Below, piece by piece: positions 1-13,384 of a stretch of DNA of 64,000 nt; the stretch's first letter is position 1, and every line of letters starts with the position of its first letter. The notes under the pieces are model-generated. The model saw only the letters and a list, made by a program, of their open reading frames with translations. It had not been told where the DNA came from and searched no databases. The stretch is from Octopus sinensis (taxonomy: Eukaryota). The position numbers were made by a program, and so were the translations under genes. Location: the NCBI RefSeq assembly GCF_006345805.1, contig NC_043020.1:13888001-13952000 (forward strand), read 5' to 3'.

Positions 1-908
1 GGGTGGAGAGCTGAACCATCCTGGGGTACAGAGGATTCGCAATCTAGACTAGGGTCTGAAAGTTTACCACACCATAGTGGGTTACACCATGGTTCCTCTG
101 CTTTGTGAAAGAAGTAGGCAGAAAGAGTGAGAGAAAGTTGTGGTGAAAGAGTACAGCAGGGTTCACCACCCCTCCCTGCCAGAGTCTCATGGAACTTAGG
201 TGTCTTTGCTCAATAAACACTCACAATGCCCAGTCTGGGAATTGAAACCACGTTCTTATGACCGCGAGTCCACTGCCCTAACCACTGGGCCATTGCGCCT
301 CCACCCTAGTGGAAGCCATCTGCTCGCGATACTAGAGGGCACACACTCTCCTACCCTGATGTAATCTCCAGGGATACAGGCATCCAGCAACAGGACCTCC
401 GTAATGCTATGATGGACCGTGAAGTCTAGCGTAACACAGTAAATTCCATTGCCTCGACCACGGTCGAACAATGATGACGACAAGTTGTTGTTGTCATCAT
501 TATCATTCACCTTTACACACTCAATAAAATAAATACCATTAAAATACTGAATACTGAATACTCAATATTCAATATATGCAGGTCTGGCTGTGTGATAAAA
601 AGCTTGCTTCCCAACCACATTTACATTCTGTCTTTACATTCTGAGTTCAAATTCCACCGAGGTTGACTTTGACTTTCATCCTTTCGGGATTGATAAATTA
701 AGTATTAATGAAACACTGGGGTCGATGAAATCAACTAACCCTCTTCCCAAATTTCAGGCCTTGCGCCCTATAGTGGAAAGGATTATAATTATTAATTTCA
801 CTGTTCTGTTTCGTAATTAATTGGCCTGTTCTTTTTTTTTTTAACAAATATTAATACTTGCTTTACCCCAATACCTATATCTAACCCTGTACCTGTTTGA
901 TTTTTCAG

Positions 909-968
909 TGGAATAATATCTGCAGCAATGGAGATCATAAAAGTTGACGGCCCTTCAGGTTTCTTTGG
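909..968 (+). CDS. MTCH2: MTCH2-like coding exon
   Basis: ttttcag|tgga...tttgg|gtaagt; GIISAAMEIIKVDGPSGFFG (carrier EG..GFF.G-type motif). Confidence 0.85.
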
Positions 969-3644
969 GTAAGTAATTGCCATAAATCCTCGAGTATAGT
1001 CCGCCCTTGAGTATAATACACAGGGGATTTTTAGGGGGCTGTTCCACTGAAAAACCTAAACCTTGTGTATAATAACGTCCTTTATTATTATTGTATACCT
1101 ATCTATATACCGTAAATCCTCGAGTATAGTCCGCCCTTGGGTATAATATGCAGGGGATTTTTAGGAGGCTGTTCAACTTCTCTAACTTGAGTCAAGGAGG
1201 TCTATATAACGTGCTTGGTTTGTAAAAATGTATGCAGTAACATCCTTTATTATTATTGTATACCTATCTATATACCGTAAATCCTCAAGTATAGTCCGCC
1301 CTTGGGTATAATACGCAGGGGATTTTTAGGGGGCTGTTCAACTTCTCTAACTTGAGTCAAGGAGGTCTATATAACGTGCTTGGTTTGTAAAAATGTATGC
1401 AGTAACGTCCTTTATTATTATTGTATACCTATCTATATACCGTAAATCCTCGAGTATAGTCCGCCCTTGGGTATAATATGCAGGGGATTTTTAGGGGGCT
1501 GTTCAACTGAAAAACCTAAACCTTGTGTATAATACGCACCCCTTCTCTAACTTGAGTCAAGGAGGTCTACATAACGTGCTTGGTTTGTAAAAATGTATGC
1601 AGTAACGTCCTTTATTATTATTGTATACCTATCTATATACCGTAAATCCTCGAGTATAGTCCGCCCTTGAGTATAATATGCAGGGGATTTTTAGGGGGCT
1701 GTTCCACTGAAAAACCTAAACCTTGTGTATAATACGCACCCCTTCTCTAACTTGAGTCAAGGAGATCTATATAACGTGCTTGGTTTGTAAAAATGTATAT
1801 GGTAACGTCCTTTATTATTATTGTATATATAACATTATTGGCGTTAGGAAGGGCATCCAGCTGTAGAAACATTGCCAGATAAGACTGGAGCCTGGTGCAG
1901 CCTTCTGGCTTCCCAGATCCCCGGTCGAACCGTCCAACCCATGCTAGCATGGAGAACGGACGTTAAACGATGATGAGGATGATGAACATAATGCAAATGT
2001 GTAGCTTTTTTGTGCATTTTGTTTGCAGAAAGTAAAGAAATAACAGTAATAATAGTAATAACGTTTAATAAACGTTGCTTATTGCAAGTCATGGATGATT
2101 CTTTTATGACTTCATTGCTTTCAGGCTTAGCTTAAGGTATTTTCGCACCTGACATCACAAAATGCATCTGAATAAACATTGCTGGACAGCAAATAGAGAC
2201 TCGGACATTGCTTAGAAAATAATTTTCATTTTTAACCTCGTATGTAGTACGCACTAGGGATTTTGACCTTGAAATTTTGGGGAAAAAAATGCAGATTATA
2301 CTCGAGAATTTACGGTATTGCTCTTTACTCTGACATTTCCTGGAAAATCTATTCCAGAATTGAACCTAGAAATTCCACTAATTAACTTTGTTTTTACTCC
2401 ACATTTTTCAGTGGCCTTGTACCACGACTGCTAGGAGATTCAATCAACCTGGCATCAACTAGTATCCTCACATACATCCTCAACAAATATATCATCCAAG
2501 ACAAGGTGAGTCTCATTAAAGAGAGGTTAATTAAAATACTTGAATGTTCTTAGCAAGTTTTATTATGGGTATATTTGTTGTTTTTTAAGCCATCTGATTT
2601 CAAGGGTGAGGAGGGATTTTTGTAATTATTTGGTAATTATTTGACTACCAGTTCCAGTCAATGCACCATGGCCATGCTGCGACATCACTATCATGTTCTA
2701 CACATTTTTATTTATTTTCACTAATTTTTGTAAATATAATAATTAAAATTTAATGACGCAACTAATGGGAATTTTATATTCAGAATCTCACTTTAAAAAA
2801 AATTGTATTTTAAAAACCAGGTTTTAATTTTTCTGACATAATCATATTTTATGACAAATAGCAGCATCTGCAGCATCATTTTAACATCCATTGTTCATGC
2901 TGGCATGGATTGGACAGTTTGATCAGAGGTGGCAAGCTGGGGAGCTGCACCACCAGACTCCAGTCTGATTTGGCATGGTTTCTTATTTCTTTATTGTCCA
3001 CAAGGGGCTAAACATAGAGGGGACAAACAAGGACAGACAAAGGGATTAAGTCGATTACATCGACCCCAGTGCTTAACTGGTACTTAATTTATCGACCCCG
3101 AAAAGATGAAAGGCAAAGTCGACCTCAGTGGAATTTGAACTCCGAACGTAACAGCAGACAAAATACCACTAAGCATTTCGCCCGGCATGCTAACGTTTCT
3201 GCCAACTCACTGCCTTTCTACAGCTGGATGTCCTTCCTAATGCCAACCACTTTACAGAGTGTACTGGATGCTTTTACATGGCGCTGCAGAAGCACTTTTA
3301 AGTGGATCAGCACAAGTGCTTTTACGTGGTACCACCACGAGTGCTTTGCACCATCGGAGGGACTGATCTTAATATTTCTGCTGCAGAGTACAGGTCTTCT
3401 TGAGTACAGCAAGGTGTCAGGCATCTCGGTCCTTTGTCATCTTGCCTGAAAGGCTCAGCATCCTGAGGTTGCTCTTCAGCAAGAATAATTAATTAAAGCA
3501 GTGAAATTGAATTGCTTATAGGTACAGGTGTGGTTGTGTGGTTAAGAAGTTTGCTCTGCAATCACCTGAGTTGCGTACTGGGGTCAATCTAATCGATTGA
3601 TCCCCTACCCCAAAATTTCAGGCCTTATGCCTAGCATAGAAAAG

Positions 3645-3676
<32 letters not shown>

Positions 3677-6600
3677 GGCACGTCCCAATGCTGGTGGTAC
3701 GTAAAAAGCACCATCCGACTGTGGCCATTTGCCAGCCCCGTCTGGCACCTGTGCTGGTGGCATGTAAAAAGCACCCACTACACTCATGGAGTGGTTGGCG
3801 TTAGGAAGGGCATCCAGCCGTAGAAACACTGCCAGATCAGATTGGGCCTGGTGCAGCCTTCTGGCCTCCCAGACCCCAGTTGAACCGTCCAACCCATGCT
3901 AGCATGGAAAGTGAACGTGAAATGATGATGATGATGATAAGGTGATGAGCTGGCAGAATCATTAGCATGCCAGGTCAAATGCTTAGTGGCATTTCAGCCA
4001 TCTTTGTGTTCTGAGTTCAAATCCCGCCAGGTTTGAATTTGCCTTTCATCCTTTCGGGTCCAATTGGCTGCTGGAGTTGATGTCATTGTTTATCCCCTTC
4101 TCCCAAATTTCTGGCCTTGTGCCTATAATAGAAAGAATTGTCGATCCTACTACACGAGGTAATGTCTAACAGAAAATATTCTACTAAATATTCAGGAGTG
4201 GCTGTGTGGTAAAGAGCTTGCTAACCAACCACATGGTTCCGGGTTCAGTCCCACTTCGTGGCATCTTGGGCAAGTGTCTTCTGCTATAGCCCCGGGCCGA
4301 CCAATGCCTTGTGAGTGGATTTGGTAGACGGAAACTGAAAGAAGCCTGTCGTATATATGTATATATATGTATATGTGTGTGTCTGTGTTTGTCCCCCTAG
4401 CATTGCTTGACAACCGATGCTGGTGTATTTACGTCCCCGTTACTTAGCGGTTCGGCAAAAGAGACCGATAGAATAAGTACTGGGCTTACAAAGAATAAGT
4501 CCCTGGGTCGATTTGCTCGACTAAAGGTGGTGCTCCAGCATGGCCGCAGTCAAATGACTGAAACAAGTAAAAGAGTAAAGAGCTGTTACTGTATCATTAA
4601 ATGTTATGCCTGATCTCAGGAAGACTTCATTGTTAACTTCAATATTTTTTGTCTCTTTCCAGAAAGTGTCTGTATATACTGCTGCTTTTGTTGGCGTAAG
4701 TATCATTTCTTGTGCTTTTAGCAAGAAGCCTGGTTGGTTTTTTGGGGGGTTTTTTCCCTTTTTTCATTCTACCTCTCTCTTTATCTCTCTACTTCTTTTT
4801 TGCTTATTATCTCATTCTTTTTTGCATAAATACTCCCTTACATAACCAATTACACTGTAATAAAATTTTGATTTTTTTTTTCTTTTGTCTTTGATCAGTA
4901 AGTGTTATAAGGTTGTCCCAAAAGTTCGTAGAAAGTCTTGGAAAATAATGGTCTTTATTTTGAGGAATAATTTTTGTTGTTTTTGTTAAAAATTCAATTT
5001 TCGCAAGTGTTTACAAACTTTTGGGACAACCTGATATTTCATATTTACTTCAATACCAATTACACTGCGTAACAACATTTATATTTTTTTGTTTTTGGTT
5101 AGTAAGGTATTATTTCTTATTTGGTCCTATCTAGAAATCAAAGGAAATCACTACTATACCCTTCAAATTTTGCTTTTGTAACCTGGACACCAATGTTTTG
5201 AAACTGACCTATTTTCCATTACATTTCAGACAGATTCAGCACTGATTTGCTGAAGCAGAAATATCATTATAGCAAATAATAGCTCAGTACTATAGATTTG
5301 CTTGTCAGTTGCTTGACCTTAACCACTTGAGCACGTCCCTTAATGGCTGGCAATATGTGCACTTCTGATGATGAGCAGGAGTAGTTGGGGAGCCATGTGT
5401 TGAGAGGGAGCAAGGTTGTTGCCAGTACCGCCTGATTGGCCCTGTGCCGGTGGCACATAAAAGCCCCCACTACACTCTCGGAGTGGTTGGCGTTAGGAAG
5501 GGCATCCGGCTGTAGAAACTCTGCCAGATCAAGATTGAAGCCTGGTGCAACCATCTGGTTCGCCAGCCCTCAGTCATTCATCCAACCCATGCTAGCCTGG
5601 AAAGCGGACGTTAAATGATGATGATGATGATAAAGCAAAGCTTGAAGGAAATATTAGCCATTTTTCACAGGTTCTAGGGGTAAGCAAATAAGAAATGATA
5701 GTTGCTACCCAAGGACAAAAATCATGTTAGACAGGGTTATAGGAGTGGAGTTATTGATGTGTGTTTACTTCACAACCTCACCTGCATGGTACCTTGTACA
5801 TGTGTCTTCTATAACAATCAACCAAAGCATGTTTATGATATTCAATAAATGGAAACTGTGTGGAAGCCTGTCAAAGGAATCATTCTTGTTTTTGGGTGGT
5901 GGACCTAATGTTTCACCCTGTTTAACACCCGCATCACCTTGTTCTTTGGTGCCCTCAGCAGGTTCCACTCTTGTTGACTCAACTTAGGGGTAAGGATTAT
6001 TTACTGTCTCCAATCTCAGAGGTTGTGGAATCAGGGATGCTGACCTTCAACTTGATAAAAGCCCTTCAACTTGATAAAAGCCCCTCAACTTGATAAAAGC
6101 CCCTCCTACTTATCATCGTCCTCCAGGCCATAGGAGAGGAATTCAAGACTTGAGGACCATGGGGGGGAACTACTATATGCTGATGATATTGTCCCCATAG
6201 CAGAATCTGTAGCAGAATTAGAAAAGAAATTCCAGATGTGGGAACAGAACCTGGAATGAAAGAGTCTTAAAGTAAACTTAGCAAACACTAAGGTCCTAAG
6301 TAAGTAAGAAATCAGACAGGACCCTTCACTCTTCCAGTAAATGGCCCTACTTGATATGTAGGGGGTAAACAGAGATTCTATTTGGTGTACCCAGTGCCTT
6401 GCCACGGACACAATAGTTGGAAGGTTAACAGAGAAAGTAGTGTTTATATGTGAGAAATGTAAAAAAAAAAAAAAGATAAAAACCTAGCGTGATGTCCCCT
6501 TTAATAATAATGTTCTTATAAATGAATAAAAAGCAGTAACATTATGTCTCCTTTCAGTAATGGCATTTTTATAAATGAATAACAAAGATGAATTTAATCA

Positions 6601-9600
6601 AATGTCTTTCCATTTTTACTTTCACTTTCACAAGAGAACTGTTTTTGTTGTTGCAGCTCCTGGTCAACCAGTTGACGTATCCTTTTGGTCTTGTGTCAGT
6701 TGTGATGATGGTTAATGGAAGCGGGTAAGTAAATTGTTGTTAGCTAATGATTTTAGGAATCGTTAAGAAATGTTTCATTCATAAATGAACGCAAAACAAA
6801 ATCCGGATCTTTTCGGTTTGAACGGCAGTTTTTAACATAATTTCTAGGTAACTAAAAAATTTAAAACTTCATATACTGGTAGAATGTGTTTATAAAACAT
6901 CTTTTTCTCTTGGCTTTATTGAGAAAATTCTATAGTTTGTAAGATATTTGTTGTTTTTTTTTCTTCAATTTCTCAACCAATCAGTGATGTCTATTGAGTT
7001 AAAAAAACATTCTGTGCCATATGAATATGTTCCTCGTTTAAGAAACAGATTGGGTTTATTTACATTTGTGAAGAAAAAAAGATACCTTTCCCCACACCTC
7101 TAACCCTAACCCTAAAACAGATTGAAATGCAATATATCGATACTATGGGTGACAATTTCATATGATACCACTAGAAAAAACTGCCGTTCAAACCGAAAAG
7201 ATCCTGGTTTTAATGGAAGAAGCAAGGGCAGCAGCACTCTTGATCCTTTTCAAATGCCTGTGACAGGGAGAAAAGAGTTATTCTGGAACCAAAGATTTGG
7301 CCTAAATGCTTACACCAATATTTATTATAATGCATGGAGCTAAGGTAGCATGTCAGCAGAACAGGTAGAATGTAGGATAAAATGCTTTGCAGCATTGACT
7401 GTCTTTATGTACTGAGTTCAAAATCTGCCCAAGTCAACCTTGCCTTTCATCTTTTTGAGGAAGATAAAATATCAATGACCTTATAAAAGCTTTTTCCCAC
7501 CCTTCACCATTAACATTGAAAAGATGGAAATATTACTGAAAATTTGAGTGTTGTAGTTTAGGAAAATTTAACCCTTTAGTATTTAAGATGATTTTGAGGA
7601 CAATGAACAGTGAAGTTTATTACAAATTTTTAAATAATGAATTTAAAATCAACTCTATTTTCGACCCTCTGCCAATAATTTTTATCATTTTTCTCTCTTT
7701 AAAACATTGAATGACTTATTCCAAAGAAATAAACGAAAATAATCCGTTTGTAAATATTTCCTTTTGTAGATTAATTGCTGCAATGCCTCCCAATATGCCA
7801 TTTTACCGTTCTTGGGTTGATTGCTGGAACCATTTGAGTTCAATTGTAAGTAGCTGCATACATTTCATCTGTAAAAGAAATTCTTCAAAATTTTTTTATC
7901 TTTTATTTCTGTAAACATTTTATTTTTCATCTATTTTTGTTTCACTTCCAACAAGTCATTACAAAGATTTCTTGCCTGTTTCCACTGAGAGCAAAATATT
8001 GTTAAAGCCTTCTCAACAATTTTAAAACAATTTAAAGAGTTCTATTTTCTTTGAAATTTATCCCAACGCCAGGTCATAGTGCTAGTGCATGCATAGACAG
8101 CTGCATGCATGCGCACATACACGCGAGTACTGTCCAAATCTCCAACCAATCACATACAGCTAGCTGGCATTCAATTGGCATATCAAGTTTCAGTCATTTT
8201 GATTGGGTTTTGGATAGAAAATTCACAAAAAAGTCACTTCTATTGATTTTTTTAAGGGCTTTGCGGGGTGACTGGGGAAATGTAAAGATGTGCACGACCA
8301 CCCTTGGACAGTTTTGAATGACCATAGAAAGTGTGAGCCCTCTAACTGAAAAATTGTGGATTTGTATAAAGGATACACACACACACACACAGACAGACAT
8401 TTTGCCGTTTATATATAGAGAGATGTTATATTTTTATTTAGTTGATTTACTTGGTTCTGCCAATATCAGATTGTTTCTCTGACAGTATTAATGCCTTACA
8501 TTTCATGTTGTCTCTTTCTCTCTCTCTTTCTCCTCTCCCTATTTTAATTTGGCACTTTAATATTATCCTACAAACTTTTCACAACCATTTCCCCTGGTTT
8601 TAAAAATTTCCTAGTCCTTATTGAATACCAGGGCTGTGGCTCAGTGGTTAGAGCATCGAGCTTACAATCGTGAGGCTGTGAGTTCAAATCCTGGACCGGG
8701 CTGCGTGTTGTGTTCTTGAGCAAGACACTTTATTTCACGTTGCTCCAGTTCACTCAGCTGTAGAAATGAGTTGCGATGTCACAGGTGCCAAGCTGTATCG
8801 GCCCCTTTGCCTTTCCCTTGGATAACACTGGTGGCGTGGAGAGGGGAGGCCGGTATGCATGGGCGACTGCTGCTCTTCCATAAACAACCTTGCCCGAACT
8901 TGTGACTGGGAGGGTAACTTTCTAGGTGCAATCCCATGGTCAGTGTCGTGACCGAAGGGGGTCCCGATGTTACTCTCTGTTTACTCTTTTACTTGTTTCA
9001 GTCATTTGACTGCAGCCATGCTGGAGCACCGTCTTTAGTCGAGCAAATAGACCCCGGGACTTATTCTTTGTAAGCCCAGTACTTATTCTATCGGTCTCTT
9101 TTGCCGAACTGCTAAGTGACGGGGACGTAAACACACCAGCATCGGTTGTCAAGCAGTGCTAGGGGGACAAACACAGACACACATACACTTATATATACAT
9201 ATATACAACAGGCTTCTTTCAGTTTCCGTCTACCAAATCCACTCACAAGGCATTGGTCGGCCCGGGGCTATAGCAGAAGACACTTGCCCAAGATGCCACG
9301 CAGTGGGACTGAACCCGGAACCATGTGGTTGGTTAGCAAGCTACTTACCACACAGCCACTCCTGCGCCTTAATTATTCTAATTAATAATTCTTTTTATTT
9401 TTTTTTTAATTAATAATAAAAACAACTCCTGCCATCCTCCATCATATTTATCTCCCCTTCTTACTTTTCACAACCATTTCTCCTGGTTTAAAAAATTTCC
9501 TAGTCCCTTTTGAAAACCAGGCCTAACATTCTAATTAATAATAAAAACGACTCCTGCCATCCTCCATCGTATTTCTCTCCCCTTAGTTCTCACTGAGACC

Positions 9601-12411
9601 TAAGTATCTCAATCTTTACCCAAACTCTTCTTTTCAGTCTACACTGTCATTATTGTTACCTGTGTCTGAATAGAATCCAATCTACTTTTTGTGTGTCTCT
9701 CACCTGGATATTAACAATAAAGACCAATATCTCTCTCTTCCTTCATCTTCAGCCACTAATGGATATTCTATTATTTCGCCTCATTTTCCATACCCTTTCC
9801 TCTCACATGTGAAGGTGCACGGCTTGAGCTTACAATTGTGAGGTTGTGTGTTAGATTCCCATACTAGCTGTGTGTTGTGTTTTTGAGCAAGACCCTTTAT
9901 TTCAAGTTGCTCCAGTTCACTCAGCTGTAGAAATGAGTTGTGATGCCACTGGTGCCAAGCTGTATCAGCCTTTGCCTTTTCCCTTGGACAACACTGGTGG
10001 CATGGAGTTGACCTTTATTCTCTAGAAAAACGCCGCCGCCGTGGTGATCTCATTCTTGCTCACAGCATCATAAGCGGAAAGTGTAACCTCTCGAAAGAGC
10101 TGTTCTTCACTCCTGCTCCATAGCATCGGCTGTGGGGTCACTCCGAAAAGCTCTATCTGCAACGATTTCATCTCAATCGAAGGAGAAGGGCTTTCTCCAT
10201 CCGGGTTGCAGATCCATGGAATAAGCTGCCAGACGAGATAGTGAAGATGCCGACAACCGCTCGGTTCAAAGTCTCTCTTGACCAGAAATGGCCTGAACTC
10301 TTTGCATGAACACCCTCCCTGTACATAACTCCATGTGCCCCTACATGGCCTTGCTTTCTGCTTTTTGAGCCAAAAAATTAACTTAACTTAACATGGTCTG
10401 CTGCTGGTCATTCACAAACAACCTTGCCCAGACTTGTACTTCAGATATGAGCTAAGTGCAATCCCATGGTCACTCATGACTAAAGGGGGTCTTTACCCTC
10501 TCACTATCTTAAACTGTCTTCCTAAGTGTCTTTATCTTTCATTTCACATAGATTCTCCAAATATTGTTGTTCTTTCCACCTCCAATTTGAACCTCTGCCT
10601 TTATCATCACTGTCTCTAACCACTGATTTATCAAGGTGACACACTTCATGTCTTCCTACTTTGCAACAGCCATTAGAGCCTTACCCCCCAATCACTTTGG
10701 TTTTGCCCAGCAGTTAACTGCTGGAATTCTGCTAATTCTTTACCGGTGAGTGTGTTAAATCATAACAGTTGTTAGTTGTCGGAGCACTGCATCCTTCAAA
10801 ACTTCCATGCTTCCTGAGATTCGCCAACACTACACTTGATTTTCTCCCCTCCATACACACACAAGCATGTATCTGACTCATACATTGTTCGCTTTCCAGA
10901 CATTTCTACATTACTGCATGTACTTTATATGCACTTTCTGACAAGTTGTGGTCCACCTGAGCACTGTATACAATAATTTCATTATTATTATTATATAAGG
11001 CACCAAAAGAGAGTGACTCTCTCCAGACACAACAGAATTTACTGAATAACTTTGGCAACAAATGTTTCCTGTCTAATTCTATCTCCTAGACAGGGTACTG
11101 ACACCAGCAACATAAATGCTTCCTCATTCATCACACAACCAAAGCACATTACAAACTTACAACCCAAGTTTAATCAGATAATTCAATATCAATTACACTG
11201 CGTAACAACATTTTTATTTTTTAGTCTTTGGTTAGTAAGGTGTTATTTCTTATTTGGTCCTATCTAGAAATCAAAGGAAATCACTACTATTCCCTTCAAA
11301 CTTTGCTTTTTTGACCTGGACATCAATGTTTTGAAATTGACCTATTTTCCATTACACTTCAGACAGATTCAGCACTGAGTTGCTGAAGCAGAAATATCAT
11401 TATAGCAAATAATAGCTCAGTACCACAGATTTGCTTGTCAGTTGCTTGACCATAACCACTTGAGGATGTCCCTTAGTGATTGACAATATGTGCATCTCTG
11501 AGCAAAAGTTGTGGGAGAGCATCATAGTCATATGTTGAGAGGGATTCTTTGGGGTTTGAATAAATATAACAAAAACAAAGCACAAGTGTGACCATAACCT
11601 TGTGGCCTATGCTAGGGGTGTAACCAGTCTACTTGTGCGTGCCTTTTCTTCATTGGACACTAAACTCTGCTTGCAAAGACCAGTTGAGGCCAGTGAAATC
11701 GAAGTTGAAATCAAATTCGGTGACTGGCATCCGTTGCTAGTGGAGCGCTAAGAGTACCATACCAGTGAGATCGTTGCCAGAGCAACAAGCTGGCCTTTGT
11801 GCCGATGGCACATTAAGCACACCATTTGAGCGTGATCCTTACCGCGTCGCCTTACTAGCACTTGTGCTTGTGGCATGTGAAATATTCGAGCAAGGTCGTC
11901 GCCAGTGCCACTGTACTGGCTCCTGTGCAGGTGGCACGTAAAAAGCACCATTTGGGCATGGCCGTTGCCAGTACCACCAAACTGGCCCTCGTGCCGGTGG
12001 CACGTAAAAGCACACACTACACTCTCGGAGTGGTTGGCGTTAGGAACGGCATCCAGCTGTAGAAACTCTGCCAGATCAAGATTGAAGCCTGGTGCAGCCA
12101 TCTGGTTCACCAGTCCTCAGTCAAATCGTCCAACCCATGCCAGCATGGAAAGCGGACCTTAAATGATGATAAAAGTTTGAAGGAAATATTAAGCATTTTT
12201 CATAGTTTCTAGGGGTACGTGAACAGGAAATAACAATTGCTATCCAAGGACAAAAGTCATGTTAAATAGTGTTATCAAATAACTAAATTTTTGTTTTCTT
12301 ATTTCTTTACAGAGCCAGCTGAAGAGAGGTTCTGGTCTGTTATGGCGTGTCTACACACCTCCCAAAGGACTTGAGGGACAGCTTTCTATCGAAGGCAGCT
12401 ATATTGCCTGA
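909..12411 (+). CDS. MTCH2: Mitochondrial carrier homolog (MTCH2/MTCH-like), 3' part of a spliced gene; exons 909-968, 2412-2505, 4663-4695, 6657-6724, 7770-7845, 12313-12411
   Basis: All six exons have AG/GT boundaries and matching phases. Joined translation: GIISAAMEIIKVDGPSGFFG-GLVPRLLGDSINLASTSILTYILNKYIIQDK-KVSVYTAAFVG-LLVNQLTYPFGLVSVVMMVNGSG-LIAAMPPNMPFYRSWVDCWNHLSSI-SQLKRGSGLLWRVYTPPKG...IA*. It matches the recalled MTCH2 motifs GLVPRLLGD, LTYPF.LVS, PPY.P.Y.SW.DCW and RG.SL..R. The 5' exons lie upstream of the window. Confidence 0.93.
981..2317. mobile_element. pogo/Tigger-type MITE with a tandemly amplified left end
   Basis: (ta)ccgtaaatcctcgagtatagtccgc repeated five times (981, 1110, 1274, 1439, 1639) versus the right TIR gcagattatactcgagaatttacggta; SINE inserted at 1838-1985. 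Confidence 0.75.
2412..2505 (+). CDS. MTCH2: MTCH2-like coding exon
   Basis: ttttcag|tggc...acaag|gtgag; GLVPRLLGDSINLASTSILTYILNKYIIQDK. Confidence 0.92.
4663..4695 (+). CDS. MTCH2: MTCH2-like short (33 nt) coding exon
   Basis: ctttccag|aaagtg...ttggc|gtaagt; KVSVYTAAFVG; phase 0/0 and fills the gap between the flanking exons. Confidence 0.8.
4907..5036. mobile_element. Small Tc1/mariner-type MITE
   Basis: TIRs aggttgtcccaaaagtt / aacttttgggacaacct, flanked by TA. Confidence 0.65.
6105..6460 (+). mobile_element. Decayed RTE-like RT fragment
   Basis: ELLYADDIV-like segment at ~6167-6195, with stops downstream. Confidence 0.6.
6657..6724 (+). CDS. MTCH2: MTCH2-like coding exon
   Basis: ttgcag|ctcctg...agcgg|gtaagt; LLVNQLTYPFGLVSVVMMVNGS. 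Confidence 0.92.
6805..7204 (+). mobile_element. MITE family with GG-terminal TIRs and internal (TAACCC)n
   Basis: ggatcttttcggtttgaacggcagtttt ... aaaactgccgttcaaaccgaaaagatcc. Confidence 0.85.
7770..7845 (+). CDS. MTCH2: MTCH2-like coding exon
   Basis: ttttgtag|atta...caatt|gtaagt; LIAAMPPNMPFYRSWVDCWNHLSSI. Confidence 0.92.
8636..8960 (+). mobile_element. tRNA-derived SINE family D (also ~9815-10500, split by a LINE; 47450-47722 -)
   Basis: gtggctcagtggttagagc...gagttcaaatcc head, shared body. Confidence 0.75.
12313..12411 (+). CDS. MTCH2: MTCH2-like terminal coding exon
   Basis: ctttacag|agccag...gcctga; SQLKRGSGLLWRVYTPPKGLEGQLSIEGSYIA*. Confidence 0.88.
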   Translation, partial: SQLKRGSGLLWRVYTPPKGLEGQLSIEGSYIA

Positions 12412-13346
12412 ATGGCAAAGAATTTGATTCTTTTTGGGAAAGGAACCTGTGCCTATTTGTCAACCATGCAATAACATTGACTGTTGTAGAATCTGAGAGA
12501 AAACGAAATGTTTGTTCCAATTCAAAATATTTTTGGTTTGGAATTTGAAAAAAAAAAAAAAAAAATTACAAAATCTATTCTAAAACTTGTACTTGCTATT
12601 TCACAACTCTTTGACTCCAAAAACCAGTATGACACCAACCAAGCATTAGTTTCCAGTTCTAGGTATTCTCTACAACTCTGTAGCACACCAAGGAAAGTTT
12701 GTGTTGTCCTCTCCCCCACCCCACCCCGTCCCGTCTTCCGACAAGTTTCCCTACTTGAACATGTTGCAGATTTTGTTTTACCTTTTCTTACTTCATCAAA
12801 TTTCCCTAAAAAAATAAATAAATTAATTAATTAATTAACTAATTAAAGGAGGATCTGAAGTAATAGAGTGGTTTGAGAGGTTTAAAGTTCTGAAGTCCTG
12901 GACCCCATAAATCCAAACTTCACTGTTCGTTTTCCTTTGTCGTGAGTAAACATTATTCTTATAACAACACAATACAAATTTCGAAACGAATAACTTCTTT
13001 TTTAAAGTTCAGCAATTGTTCATACAGCATAACACTTCACCAGTTTGACATCCAAATGGCAGAAATATTTCAGTGTTGGAAAAGATAACCAATATTATTA
13101 TCATTATTATTATTATTATTATTAAGGTGGTAAACTGATAGAATTGTTAGTATGTCAGGCAAAAATGCTTTGCAGAATTTCATCATTCTGTGTTCAAATT
13201 TTACCATGGTTAACTTTGCCTTTCATCCTTTCAGGGTCGATAAATTAAGTACCAGTGATACACTGGGGTTGATGTAATTGACTAGTCCCCTCCCCCAAAA
13301 TTTCAGGTCTTGTGTCTTTAGTAGAAAGGATTATTATTATTATTGT

Positions 13347-13384
<38 letters not shown>

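Noticed and set aside
12548-12565. A-run after the MTCH2 stop as evidence of a retrocopy
   Set aside because: The gene has introns; this is a genomic homopolymer in the 3' UTR.
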